Shown here: positions 41,180-50,919 of the stretch, one piece after another
Layout of the letters: each line of letters starts with the position of its first letter
Numbering within the stretch: the first letter of the stretch is position 1
Assembly: GCA_002773855.1 (NCBI GenBank)
Contig: PEZY01000012.1
Location: 233,565-297,564, forward strand
Direction of reading: 5' to 3'
DNA from: Candidatus Buchananbacteria bacterium CG10_big_fil_rev_8_21_14_0_10_33_19
Lineage (GTDB): Bacteria > Patescibacteriota > Patescibacteriia > 2-01-FULL-39-33
DNA length: 64,000 bases
Translations under genes and position numbers: made by a program
The notes under the pieces: model-generated
The model's input: only the letters and a program-made list of their open reading frames with translations
Told to the model about the DNA's origin: nothing
Databases searched by the model: none

Positions 41180-42214
41180 ATGACAAAATTGGTTAAGATC
41201 CAATTAGCAATAGCCGTACCACTTGTTTTAGTGGGCGGCTTTTTTGCTTTTTTTACTTATCGTCAATTAACACAAAACATTGGCGGTGATGTGGCGACAG
41301 TAAATGAAGATGGTAAAGAAGTATTTTACAGTAGATTAGATGGCACCATTATAGATCAAAATGAAGAATCTATCTCAGCAGTGGGAGTGATGATTGAAAA
41401 TCATGTTGAAGCTAGACCTCAATCGGGTTTGTCTCAAGCTAAAATCGTTTATGAGGTATTAGTTGAATCTGATATTACTAGATTTTTAGCTATCTATGAT
41501 TTATCAGAAAATTTAGAAAAAATTGGGCCAATTAGATCGGCCAGGCCATATTTTATTGATATTGCTAGTGAATATCAAGCTACTTATGTTCATTCTGGTG
41601 GTAGTCCAGAAGCCTTAAAGCGTTTGAAAACTGACAATTTGGTAATTAATTTAGATGAATTCTTTGGTTACAATACTGGATATTTTTGGCGTGATAATAA
41701 AAGATATGCTCCGCATAATCTCTATACTTCATCAGACTTATTGTTTCAGGCTATGGAGCATTATAATGTTTTTGATTATTCAGATTTTAGGCCTTGGCAG
41801 TTTAAGGATGGGACTGGTGCTTCTGATAATAATTCAGAGATAAAAATAAATTATTCAGAGGCTAGTTCATATCAAGTCATTTGGAAATATTCTGTGGAGT
41901 CTAATCAGTATGAACGTTGGCAGAATAATGTTAGACACATTGATGCTGATGGTAGTATTATTGAGACTGATAATGTGATTGTGCAGTTTGCTAACATTAA
42001 AATATTAGATGAAGTAGGCAGAAAAGATATTAGATTAACTGGCACTAATAAGGCGATTATCTTTCATGATGGGCAATCTATTATCGGATATTATAAAAAG
42101 ATAAATGCCGGATCTCGAACAATATTCTATGATGATAATGACAATGAAATTGAATTAAATCGAGGTAAGATTTGGATTGAAGTAGTGCCGAGCGATTTAG
42201 AGATAGAGTATTAA
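41180..42214 (+). CDS. DUF3048-family (YerB-like) extracytoplasmic protein
   Basis: N-terminal TM/signal. Conserved VYEVLVESDITRFLAIY...IGPIRSARPYF motif typical of DUF3048. Confidence 0.65.
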   Translation: MTKLVKIQLAIAVPLVLVGGFFAFFTYRQLTQNIGGDVATVNEDGKEVFYSRLDGTIIDQNEESISAVGVMIENHVEARPQSGLSQAKIVYEVLVESDITRFLAIYDLSENLEKIGPIRSARPYFIDIASEYQATYVHSGGSPEALKRLKTDNLVINLDEFFGYNTGYFWRDNKRYAPHNLYTSSDLLFQAMEHYNVFDYSDFRPWQFKDGTGASDNNSEIKINYSEASSYQVIWKYSVESNQYERWQNNVRHIDADGSIIETDNVIVQFANIKILDEVGRKDIRLTGTNKAIIFHDGQSIIGYYKKINAGSRTIFYDDNDNEIELNRGKIWIEVVPSDLEIEY

Positions 42215-42319
42215 TTTAATGACATTTATAAAATGAACATAACATGGTATGTTCATTTTTTTTCTTATTACTTTTTGATAATAAAGTCTTTTTGTCCAAC
42301 TTCTTTGGTTTATTGTTAT

Positions 42320-42357
42320 GGTACTTTGGACCGCCAAAGTACCGCAAAGGTCGCAGG
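42320..42357 (+). repeat. GGTAC-palindrome intergenic repeat, copy 2
   Basis: ggtactttgg-accg-ccaaagtacc followed by gcaaaggtcgcagg. Confidence 0.6.
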
Positions 42358-42373
42358 TTTATGAAGATATTAT

Positions 42374-42419
42374 TTATTAAAAAATGCAAACATTAAAAAA
42401 TATTGTGCCAATTTTATAT
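42374..42419 (+). repeat. 45-bp direct repeat A, copy 2
   Basis: Near-identical to 5706-5751. Confidence 0.6.
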
Positions 42420-42443
42420 CAAAGAAAATGTCTAGAGATATCT

Positions 42444-43286
42444 CTAGACATTTTTTATTACCAGTAATCTATCTTTCCCACATAAATCTTTTTTGATAGT
42501 TATTTTAGCTTGAGGAAAGTATGATTTAGTTAAGGCTAAGGTTTTTTTGACATAGGTCGAGCCAATCTCACAAAACAGCCATTGAGGTTTATAATTTAAA
42601 TTGTTTATTTGAATAAATAATTTTTCATAAACGTCTAAGCCGTATTTACCACCGTATAAGGCTTGAGCCGGTTCATATTTAAGTGGGGCGGTGTAAATAT
42701 TTTTTAATTTTTTTTCACCAGTTGGCACGTAAGGTAGGTTGGTTATGATAATGTCTATTTTATCTGTTATGTTTTTAATTAAATCATTTTTAATAAATTT
42801 AATATTTACCTTATTAAGTCTGGCGTTTGTCTGAGACAGTTTAATAGCTGATAGGGAAATATCAGTAGCCATGACATTAAGTTGAGGTAGGTTTTTTTTG
42901 AGAGTAATAGCAATGGCGCCAGAACCAGTACCAATATCAGCAACAGTAATATTTTTATTACCAATTGTTTTGATAAATTCATCAATTAATAATTCAGTTT
43001 CTGGGCGGGGGATTAAGACATTTTTGTTGACTATAAAATCCAAACCGTAAAATTCTTTTTGGCCAACTAGATAGGCTAGGGGCTCGAATTTTTGTCTCCT
43101 AGTGATTGATGATTGGTATTTTTTTGCTTGGCCTTTGGTTATTTTTTTGTCGGGATTGGTAATAATGTATTCTTTGGATTTATTTAAAACATACATCATT
43201 AAAACTTCAGCATCTAGTACGGCTGAAGGTATTTTAGCTTGCTTTAATTTATTAGCACCCTTTCTGGTGATTTCAATAAGTGTCAT
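42444..43286 (-). CDS. prmC: Release factor glutamine N5-methyltransferase PrmC (HemK)
   Basis: VADIGTGSGAIAI SAM motif, NLPY(V) catalytic motif. Downstream of prfA. Confidence 0.85.
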   Translation of the reverse strand: MTLIEITRKGANKLKQAKIPSAVLDAEVLMMYVLNKSKEYIITNPDKKITKGQAKKYQSSITRRQKFEPLAYLVGQKEFYGLDFIVNKNVLIPRPETELLIDEFIKTIGNKNITVADIGTGSGAIAITLKKNLPQLNVMATDISLSAIKLSQTNARLNKVNIKFIKNDLIKNITDKIDIIITNLPYVPTGEKKLKNIYTAPLKYEPAQALYGGKYGLDVYEKLFIQINNLNYKPQWLFCEIGSTYVKKTLALTKSYFPQAKITIKKDLCGKDRLLVIKNV

Positions 43287-43350
43287 GTCTAAGTTTAAGG
43301 TATAAATAGTCTATTTGTTAAATTTTTATTTTAAGGCTGGGGCTATTATC

Positions 43351-44028
43351 TTATAAATAAGTTTTATTTTTCATGTTTTTTCTAGCTCTTTTTACTTGTC
43401 TCATTAGTTTTAATCGATCAGAAAAACCTTGAGTAAAACCATATTTTTTCTCTTTGATTACTTGGTGGAGATTTTTTAAGATTGGATAGCTAACTTTTAA
43501 ATTATGTTTTTTGGCATAATAGTTCATGACAGTTTCAATACCAAAATCTAAGCTGTTTTTGTCTTTCGGTAAACTGTTGAAAAAATCTTTGGTCATAGCT
43601 CTTTCACCGCCGATAGCGTACATGGGATATATTTTTGGTATCAAAGCTCCCAGGCCAAAAACACGATCTCTTAAGCCTACTGACATAGTGTATTTACCAC
43701 TGATGATTGGCTTTAAGACTTGGGTTATGTGTTTGGTTGTAAGATTCTCTAGATCAGCATCAGCAAACATGATTATGTCTCCACTAGCAGCACTGACACC
43801 AGCAATCATAGCGCTGCCTTTACCTTGGGTTTTAGGTCGTTCGATAACTCTTACTTTAAAAGTTTTAGCGATACTAGCGGTATGGTCAATACAGGCATCA
43901 GCAATAACAATTATTTCGTTTACATCTTTGGCTTTTTTTGCTACTGATAAAACAGCTGAAATATTCTCAGCTTCGTTGTGGGCTGGTATTATGAGACTAA
44001 CTTTTTGGATTTTTGGGTGATTAGTCAT
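43351..44028 (-). CDS. Glycosyltransferase family 2 (Dpm1/GtrB-like)
   Basis: VSLIIPAHNEAENI ... FADADL DxD motif. Inserted between prfA and prmC. Confidence 0.7.
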   Translation of the reverse strand: MTNHPKIQKVSLIIPAHNEAENISAVLSVAKKAKDVNEIIVIADACIDHTASIAKTFKVRVIERPKTQGKGSAMIAGVSAASGDIIMFADADLENLTTKHITQVLKPIISGKYTMSVGLRDRVFGLGALIPKIYPMYAIGGERAMTKDFFNSLPKDKNSLDFGIETVMNYYAKKHNLKVSYPILKNLHQVIKEKKYGFTQGFSDRLKLMRQVKRARKNMKNKTYL

Positions 44029-44084
44029 AATAAATAAATTATAACAATTTTAGGTTAACAAAAAAAGAAGTCTCACGACTTCTT

Positions 44085-45149
44085 TTATGATTTTAAAGCT
44101 TCGATATTAGACCTTTCTTTTAAGGCATTAATAATCAAGTTTAAATTGCCATCTAAGACATTGGGAATATTACCAAAATTTTCACCAATTCGGTGGTCGG
44201 TTATTCGATCTTGGGGAAAGTTATAGGTTCTAATTTTTTCACTTCTGTCACCAGTGCCAATTTGAGTTTTTCTAGTATCAGATGAAGTTTTTCTTTTTTC
44301 TTCTTCGATGTTGGCTAAAATTCTGGATCGTAAAACGGTCATAGCCTTCTTTTTATTTTGCAATTGAGATTTTTCATCTTGGCAGGAGACAACAGTATTG
44401 GTTGGAATATGGGTTATTCTAACTGCTGATTTAGTAGTGTTAACTGATTGTCCACCATTACCACCAGCACAAAAAGTATCAATGCGTAAATCATTGGGGT
44501 CAATTTTTAGGTCGACTTCTTCAGCCTCAGGTAGAACCACTACAGTTGTAGTGGAGGTATGGACTCGACCTTTCTTTTCAGTTTCTGGCACTCGTTGAAC
44601 TCGATGAACACCACTTTCATATTTCATGTCACCATACACATCTTTGCCAATTATTTCAAAAATTATTTCTTTAAAACCACCAATACCAATTTGATTGGAC
44701 GATAACAGACTGGTTTTCCAGTTTTGATGTTCAGCAAAACGACTATACATTCTAAATAATTCAGCTGCAAATAAGGCTGATTCATCGCCACCAGCTCCAG
44801 CTCTAATTTCGACAATGACATTTTTTTTGTCATTAGGATCACGCGGAGTTAAGAGGAATTTTATTTCTTTTTCTAAATTAGCTTTTTGATTTTCTAAATC
44901 TATGTTCTCTTCTTCGGATATAGCTTTCATTTCGGCGTCATCTGAATTTTCATCGATCATTTTTTGAGTTTCTAAGATATCAGATATCACTTTGTCTAAT
45001 TTTTTCTTGGCTTGCATTACTTCTTTTAAGTCTTCATACTCTTGAGATATTTCTTTTAATTTTTGAGTATCAGAAACAACAGAACTATCTTGCAATAGTC
45101 TTTCTAGTTCATCAAATCTGGATTGTATTTTAAATAATTTGTCTTGCAT
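44085..45149 (-). CDS. prfA: Peptide chain release factor 1
   Basis: PET (PxT) tripeptide motif, GGQ motif ([11 protein letters not shown]). Confidence 0.9.
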   Translation of the reverse strand: MQDKLFKIQSRFDELERLLQDSSVVSDTQKLKEISQEYEDLKEVMQAKKKLDKVISDILETQKMIDENSDDAEMKAISEEENIDLENQKANLEKEIKFLLTPRDPNDKKNVIVEIRAGAGGDESALFAAELFRMYSRFAEHQNWKTSLLSSNQIGIGGFKEIIFEIIGKDVYGDMKYESGVHRVQRVPETEKKGRVHTSTTTVVVLPEAEEVDLKIDPNDLRIDTFCAGGNGGQSVNTTKSAVRITHIPTNTVVSCQDEKSQLQNKKKAMTVLRSRILANIEEEKRKTSSDTRKTQIGTGDRSEKIRTYNFPQDRITDHRIGENFGNIPNVLDGNLNLIINALKERSNIEALKS

Positions 45150-45270
45150 TGTATTAACTTGTGATATTTGATTATACCAAAATAGACTGTTTAAATCAAA
45201 GTTTTTATAGTAAAAAAGTCGGGACCAGAGGCCACGACTTGATTGTAAAAGTTATTTTTAATGTTCTTAA

Positions 45271-45603
45271 TTAACAGTCTTTGTAAATTGCTTCGGCCAC
45301 TTCTTGTTTGTCGACAATTGCGGCTGGAAAGACTGGTATGTTATTGATGTTGTTAGTAATGACTTCAGTCTTAGAAGTGCCTTTTGGTTTTTTGAGATCA
45401 GTGGGTATTATAAAGGCAATAATAGTATTATCAGGCAATTTGTAGGCTATTTTGTCTTTTTTTTGGTCAATCAATTTCATGATTTCTAACATCTCAATCT
45501 GTCCATAGTACCAAACTCCGTTGTATTTGGCGCAAATCATCATAACCACTGTTATTTTTTTCCTTTCTAAGGAGCTACGATTTAGACACCTAATTGGTAT
45601 CAC
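45271..45603 (-). CDS. Hypothetical protein
   Basis: 110-aa ORF between rpmE and prfA. Start may be the internal MMICAKY. Confidence 0.35.
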   Translation of the reverse strand: MIPIRCLNRSSLERKKITVVMMICAKYNGVWYYGQIEMLEIMKLIDQKKDKIAYKLPDNTIIAFIIPTDLKKPKGTSKTEVITNNINNIPVFPAAIVDKQEVAEAIYKDC

Positions 45604-45747
45604 TGTCTGATTTTAATATAAAAAAAGAAGATTGTCAAGTGTTGGTTAATTGGCTGCATTGTTTTTATTAGTTATTTAATTTTTAATATTCACAAAAAAA
45701 CTTAGACAGCTGTCTAAGTTTTTATGAGATTTATTATTTTGATTGGT

Positions 45748-46038
45748 CTATATATCTATTTTAGTTTTTTTAGTAGCTTGTTTAGCTTTTTGTTTGGCTT
45801 TCTTTTCGGTCTTTTTGATAGTTATTCCGATTTCTTTGGCTACTTCAACTTTCTTTTTGAATTTGTCTACTCTTCTGGCTGAATCTAATAGCTTTTGTTT
45901 GCCAGTATAAAATGGATGACAAGTAGAACAAATTTCCACAGAAATGTTTTCGCTAGTTGAGCCAACAGTAAAAGTATTGCCACAAGCACAAGTGACTTTA
46001 GCTTCTTTAAAATATTTTGGATGAATGTTTATTTTCAT
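45748..46038 (-). CDS. rpmE: 50S ribosomal protein L31 with a Lys-rich C-terminal extension
   Basis: MKINIHPKY..., CxC...[13 protein letters not shown] zinc ribbon typical of L31. Confidence 0.85.
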   Translation of the reverse strand: MKINIHPKYFKEAKVTCACGNTFTVGSTSENISVEICSTCHPFYTGKQKLLDSARRVDKFKKKVEVAKEIGITIKKTEKKAKQKAKQATKKTKIDI

Positions 46039-46211
46039 ATTTTCACTAATTCTTTATATAGTTGTTTATTTACAATAACGCTTTGTACTTTAGCATATTA
46101 TTTAATTTTTGACAAGAGGGTAAATGTCCGTGGCTGTGTACATTTTATAAATCAATGATAAATCGTTAAAAATCACTAATTTTAGTTATTTTAAGATATT
46201 TATCGAAATAT

Positions 46212-46240
46212 TTGACATTTTTCCTATATTTTGTTAAATT
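46212..46240 (+). promoter_or_regulatory. Sigma70-like promoter, long rpsB leader
   Basis: TTGACA, 17-nt spacer, TAAATT. ~310 nt upstream of rpsB. Confidence 0.5.
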
Positions 46241-46553
46241 ATTAAGCGTTATAACTGAGATCGTTACAGAACTATATTTTCTCTAAATTTATCTTTATTT
46301 GGCTGCAACTGTGTCAGACTGGCGTCCAAAGATTTTCGCCGTAGTATTAACTACGGCTCAAACCTTTTGACTGGTCTTCCTGGTTTCGCTCGAAAAATTT
46401 TAAATTTATAATTAAAATATTTTTGTAACCGTCTCTGCTAATTAATTTCTCATACTTTCCGGGGGACAGTTATAACAGCCCCATTAAAATTTCCTTGTTT
46501 TTAGAGCTCTCTAAAAATAAATTGGAAAGTAGAGGCAGAAAGGAAACAAAATT

Positions 46554-47249
46554 ATGAAAATGCCAACGATTTTAGAATTGTTGCAAGCCGGAGTTCATTT
46601 TGGTCACCAAAAAGGACGCTGGCATCCAAAGATGAAAGAGTACATTTTTACCGAACGAGGTGGTGTGCACATCATTGATTTGGAAAAAACTCTAGTGGAA
46701 CTAGAAAAAGCTACTAAATTTGTGAGTAATGTAGCACAAAATGGTGGCGTGGTTTTATTTGTCGGAACTAAAAAACAAGGTCAGCAATTAATTAAAAAAT
46801 ATGCTGATGAAGCTGGTATGCCATATATTATCGAAAGATGGATTGGTGGTTTATTTACCAATTTTAGTAATGTTGGTAAATTGATTAAAAAATATTTAAA
46901 ATTAAAAGAAGAAGTAAAAACTGGTGCCTTAAATAAATACACCAAAAAAGAACAAGTTGATTTCAACAAAGAAATTGAAAGATTACACAAGTTTGTTGGT
47001 GGTTTAGGTGATATGCGAAAAATTCCTGAAGCCGTATTTATTTTAGATGCTAAAAAAGAAAAAACAGCTATTGTGGAAGCCAGAAAAAAAGGTGTACCAG
47101 TAATTGGTTTTTGTGATTCAAATATTAATCCAGAATTGTTTGACTATCCAATTCCTGCCAATGATGATGCTGTTAAATCAATTGATTTAATTCTTGGCTT
47201 GATGTCTAAGGCTATTTTAGAAGGTAAGGCTAAGCAGACCGCTATTTAA
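46554..47249 (+). CDS. rpsB: 30S ribosomal protein S2
   Basis: LLQAGVHFGHQ..RW.PKM motif. 231 aa. Confidence 0.95.
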   Translation: MKMPTILELLQAGVHFGHQKGRWHPKMKEYIFTERGGVHIIDLEKTLVELEKATKFVSNVAQNGGVVLFVGTKKQGQQLIKKYADEAGMPYIIERWIGGLFTNFSNVGKLIKKYLKLKEEVKTGALNKYTKKEQVDFNKEIERLHKFVGGLGDMRKIPEAVFILDAKKEKTAIVEARKKGVPVIGFCDSNINPELFDYPIPANDDAVKSIDLILGLMSKAILEGKAKQTAI

Positions 47250-47280
47250 ATTGTATTTTAAAATAAATAACTTTAAAACT

Positions 47281-48066
47281 ATGGGAATTGATCTTCAAAC
47301 AATTACCCAGCTTAGGAACCAAACTGGGGCTGGTATATCTGATTGTAAAAAAGCTTTAGATGAGTCAAATGGTGACATTGATAAGGCGATAGAGATTCTT
47401 AGAAAAAAAGGTGAAATCAAGGCGGCTAAAAAATCTGACCGAGAAACCAATGAAGGTTTGGTGGCTGTAGCCAGAGATGGTCAAAAAGCAGCAGTTGTGG
47501 TTTTGGCTTGTGAAACTGATTTTGTGTCTAGAAATGAAGATTTTATTGCTACTGCTAGTGATTATGCTAAAAAATTATTAATCACACCAGAGTTTGATTT
47601 TAAAGCTTGGGTGGAAGATAGTATTAAAGCCGAATTAGTGATCAAAATTGGTGAAAATATAAAATTAGCTGACTTCGGTGTAATTGAAGGTGCTGTTCTA
47701 GGGGTTTATATTCACTCTAATAAAAAGACCGGAGCCATTGTCGCTTTGACTGGTGGTAGTGAAGAATTGGCCAATGACATTGCTATGCATATTGTGGCTA
47801 TGTCACCTAAGCATTTAGCTCCAGAGAATGTACCAGCTGAAGAATTAGAAAAAGAAAAGGAAATTTATCGTGAACAAATGAAGAATGAGAATAAGCCTGA
47901 AGAAATTATCGAAAAGATAATTATGGGCAAGGTTAATAAATATTATGAAGACGTTTGTTTATTAAACCAATCATTTATTAAAGATGATTCTAAGAAAATT
48001 TCTGATTTATTAAAAGAAGCTGGTGAAGGAGTAACAATTGGCGCTTTCAAAAAATTCTCAGTTTAA
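47281..48066 (+). CDS. tsf: Elongation factor Ts
   Basis: UBA-like N-terminus (LR..TGAGI.DCKKAL.E..GD...A...LRKKG). Confidence 0.9.
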   Translation: MGIDLQTITQLRNQTGAGISDCKKALDESNGDIDKAIEILRKKGEIKAAKKSDRETNEGLVAVARDGQKAAVVVLACETDFVSRNEDFIATASDYAKKLLITPEFDFKAWVEDSIKAELVIKIGENIKLADFGVIEGAVLGVYIHSNKKTGAIVALTGGSEELANDIAMHIVAMSPKHLAPENVPAEELEKEKEIYREQMKNENKPEEIIEKIIMGKVNKYYEDVCLLNQSFIKDDSKKISDLLKEAGEGVTIGAFKKFSV

Positions 48067-48237
48067 TCTAGTCGCCCCTGTGTAAAAATAAGTCGAATAA
48101 AATTCGACTTATTTTTATTGATACTTTATTTAGAAGATATGTTTAAAAAATAAATAAAACCGTTATACACTCAACGGTTTTTTTAATTGATTATTTTTGT
48201 TATAATTTATTTATAAACATTAACTCCATGCAAAATT

Positions 48238-49245
48238 ATGAAAAGAATAGTTATTAACGGTTTTGGTCGTATTGGTCGAGCGGCTTTTAAGGTGGCTCTA
48301 ACTAAAAAAAATATTAAAGTGGTAGCTATTAATGATCTAACGCCACCAGATATTTTGGCTTATTTATTACAGTATGACACTGCTTATGGCGTTTATAATA
48401 AAAAAGTTCAAGCTACTAGTAGTGGTATAAAAATAGATGGTGTTATTTATCCGGTATTTTCTGACAAAGATCCTAATAATTTACCATGGAAAAAATTAAA
48501 AGTAGATGTAGTTTTAGAGTGTACTGGTTATTTTACTACTTCCGAGGCTGCCAAAGCTCATATCAATGCTGGTGCTAAGCGGGTGATAATTTCTGCCCCA
48601 GCTAAAGATGATACTACTCAAACGCTAGTTTATGGTACAGATTATTCTGAGCAGTGTATTAAGAAGGGTAAATGTGAACCAGTTGTGTCTATGGCTTCTT
48701 GCACTACCAATTGTATTGCTCCAGCGATTCAAGTATTGCAATCGGCTTTTGGTGTTGATAAGGCAATTATGACCACTATTCATGCTTATACCTCAACTCA
48801 AAATTTGGTAGACAGTCCTAGTCAAAAAATAAACCGTACTCGAGCGGCTGCTCAAAATATGATTCCGACTACTACTGGTGCGGCTATCGCTACTACTAAA
48901 GTTGTACCTAGTTTGCAAAATAAGTTTGATGGCATTTCAGTGAGAGTACCAGTGATTTGTGGTTCGTTATCTGATATTACAGTTGTTTTAAAAAAAACTG
49001 TCACCGTTGAAGAAGTTAATAACGCTTTTAAAAAAGCCGCTAAGAGCCCGATGTTTAAGGGGGTGTTGGATGTGAGCGATGATCATCGGGTTTCATCTGA
49101 TTATATTGGTAATCCACATTCTTCGATTATTGATTTGGACTTTACCAAGGTGGTTGGTGGAAATTTGGTCAAAGTTTTGTCGTGGTATGATAATGAATTT
49201 GGTTATTCTAATCGGCTAGTTGAAATGGCTATAAATTTAAAATAA
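48238..49245 (+). CDS. gap: Glyceraldehyde-3-phosphate dehydrogenase (type I)
   Basis: INGFGRIGR Rossmann motif, ASCTTNC catalytic Cys, WYDNE C-terminal motif. Confidence 0.95.
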   Translation: MKRIVINGFGRIGRAAFKVALTKKNIKVVAINDLTPPDILAYLLQYDTAYGVYNKKVQATSSGIKIDGVIYPVFSDKDPNNLPWKKLKVDVVLECTGYFTTSEAAKAHINAGAKRVIISAPAKDDTTQTLVYGTDYSEQCIKKGKCEPVVSMASCTTNCIAPAIQVLQSAFGVDKAIMTTIHAYTSTQNLVDSPSQKINRTRAAAQNMIPTTTGAAIATTKVVPSLQNKFDGISVRVPVICGSLSDITVVLKKTVTVEEVNNAFKKAAKSPMFKGVLDVSDDHRVSSDYIGNPHSSIIDLDFTKVVGGNLVKVLSWYDNEFGYSNRLVEMAINLK

Positions 49246-49257
49246 ATTGATAAAAAA

Positions 49258-49290
49258 ATAACCCACTAGTAATAGTGGGTTTTTTGGTTA
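49258..49290. terminator. Bidirectional terminator between gap and a convergent gene
   Basis: aacccactagtaatagtgggtttttt. Confidence 0.7.
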
Positions 49291-49725
49291 ATTGATAGTT
49301 GGTTTTTCAATATATTCCATAGCTTCATAGTTTAATTCTTGCTCAAAGAAATCCGTTGGTAATTGGTTTAAAAGGCCATCATATAATTGGGACATAGTGG
49401 TAACTATAGTAGATAGCCCCCAGTGGATAGCCGAAAATGGATTATTAAAAATATTTTGGTCGTTAATCACAATACCGTCTAAAAAGGCAAAGAGATCTAC
49501 AGCAAAGTTGGATTCTTTAGGATCGCCACTAATCACAATATTAAAATTTAAATTTATACCAGTAACTTCATTAGCTTGGGCTATGATTTGGTCAATAAAT
49601 TCATTGAGGATTATTAGTTGAAATGGAAAAATTGTGGCTCGATTGTCAATGTGAATTTCGCCTTGAAACCATTTGTTGTTGATTAGTATTGATTGGCAGT
49701 CGGCTTCTTGAGCAATTTTTAACAT
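49288..49725 (-). CDS. Hypothetical acidic protein
   Basis: 145-aa ORF. Shares an (E)xHID motif and similar size with the upstream neighbour. Confidence 0.4.
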   Translation of the reverse strand: MLKIAQEADCQSILINNKWFQGEIHIDNRATIFPFQLIILNEFIDQIIAQANEVTGINLNFNIVISGDPKESNFAVDLFAFLDGIVINDQNIFNNPFSAIHWGLSTIVTTMSQLYDGLLNQLPTDFFEQELNYEAMEYIEKPTIN

Positions 49726-49824
49726 TTAAAGTCTCCCGAGAGTTGCAATGTACTATGTTTGGTATAAATGATTTTTAGCTACTTGTCAATTAAAAAAACC
49801 GCTTAACAATTAAGTTAGCGGTTA

Positions 49825-50292
49825 TTAATCTTCTGGGTCTAATTCGGAATCTTTGAGCATTTCGTTAACGACTTTGCCAATTTCGCTTATGTCTTCATTA
49901 TCGTCTTTATGATAATCTTCATCGTTGTCATTTGGCCGATTATTGATTGATGCTAGTAGATAATTATTACCAATACTAAGATTAAAAAAATCACTTAAAA
50001 CATGGTGAATGGCTATGTAGGCGTTTTCAAAGGTACCACAATAATCATAGTTTTGATTTTTGTTATAAAAATAACCAACTGCATAAAAATCACCATTGGT
50101 TAAGTGTTGGATGTTAATATCGATATGGGTTTCATCTTCGCAATAAAACATCATTCTTTGGAAAAAACTTTCTAACATGTCAATTTGAAAAAAAGTTAGT
50201 TCCATTGGTGATTCAATATAAATCATAGCTGAGCTAGATTTATGGCGAATAATTATCATTATATAATTATCGACATAGTCTATTGTAGCCAT
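49825..50292 (-). CDS. Hypothetical acidic protein with D/E-rich C-terminus
   Basis: 155-aa ORF with an acidic tail. Confidence 0.4.
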   Translation of the reverse strand: MATIDYVDNYIMIIIRHKSSSAMIYIESPMELTFFQIDMLESFFQRMMFYCEDETHIDINIQHLTNGDFYAVGYFYNKNQNYDYCGTFENAYIAIHHVLSDFFNLSIGNNYLLASINNRPNDNDEDYHKDDNEDISEIGKVVNEMLKDSELDPED

Positions 50293-50446
50293 GTCCGGTC
50301 TCCTTCTTGGTTTATAAGGAACAATTTATAGTAATGATATTATTACAAAATAATGATTTTAAATCAAATATTTGACCAGTTGACAAAGGTGATAATAGCG
50401 GTTAAACTTAACTTTGATTGTCTAAAACAATGGAGGATTAAATAAT

Positions 50447-50827
50447 ATGTCTATTGATGAATTAGATTTTGCTCAAGAATTGACATTAAGAATAGCGCCT
50501 AGACAAATATTGTTCTTTTTAAGGGTAGAGAAGCGGGGATTGGAATTTCCTTTACACAATACCTCACTTAAATATCGTCGAGTTTTTTTGGTACCAAATA
50601 TGGTCTTGGCTGTGATTGATGAAACTGATGAACATTTAGTTGTAGAGTGGCATGGGCCAACACTACAGACTGAATATAAAGATCATCAATCTATATCACC
50701 ATATTCTGAAAGTATTTCTTTTGTTATGGATGTGCCAAAAGCTTGTTTGGCGGATAACTCAGTTGTGAGAATTGAGGCGAGTGGAGTGACTAAAATGAAA
50801 AACCATGTTCCAGCTATCTTATATTAG
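50447..50827 (+). CDS. Hypothetical protein
   Basis: 126-aa ORF, RBS GGAGGAT upstream. Confidence 0.4.
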   Translation: MSIDELDFAQELTLRIAPRQILFFLRVEKRGLEFPLHNTSLKYRRVFLVPNMVLAVIDETDEHLVVEWHGPTLQTEYKDHQSISPYSESISFVMDVPKACLADNSVVRIEASGVTKMKNHVPAILY

Positions 50828-50919
50828 ACATTGTGGGAAGATTATTCTTCCCCCTTTTAATTCTTGCAAAATTATTATTTTTTTGATAGATTATAATAGA
50901 TTCTAAGATTTATTCACAA

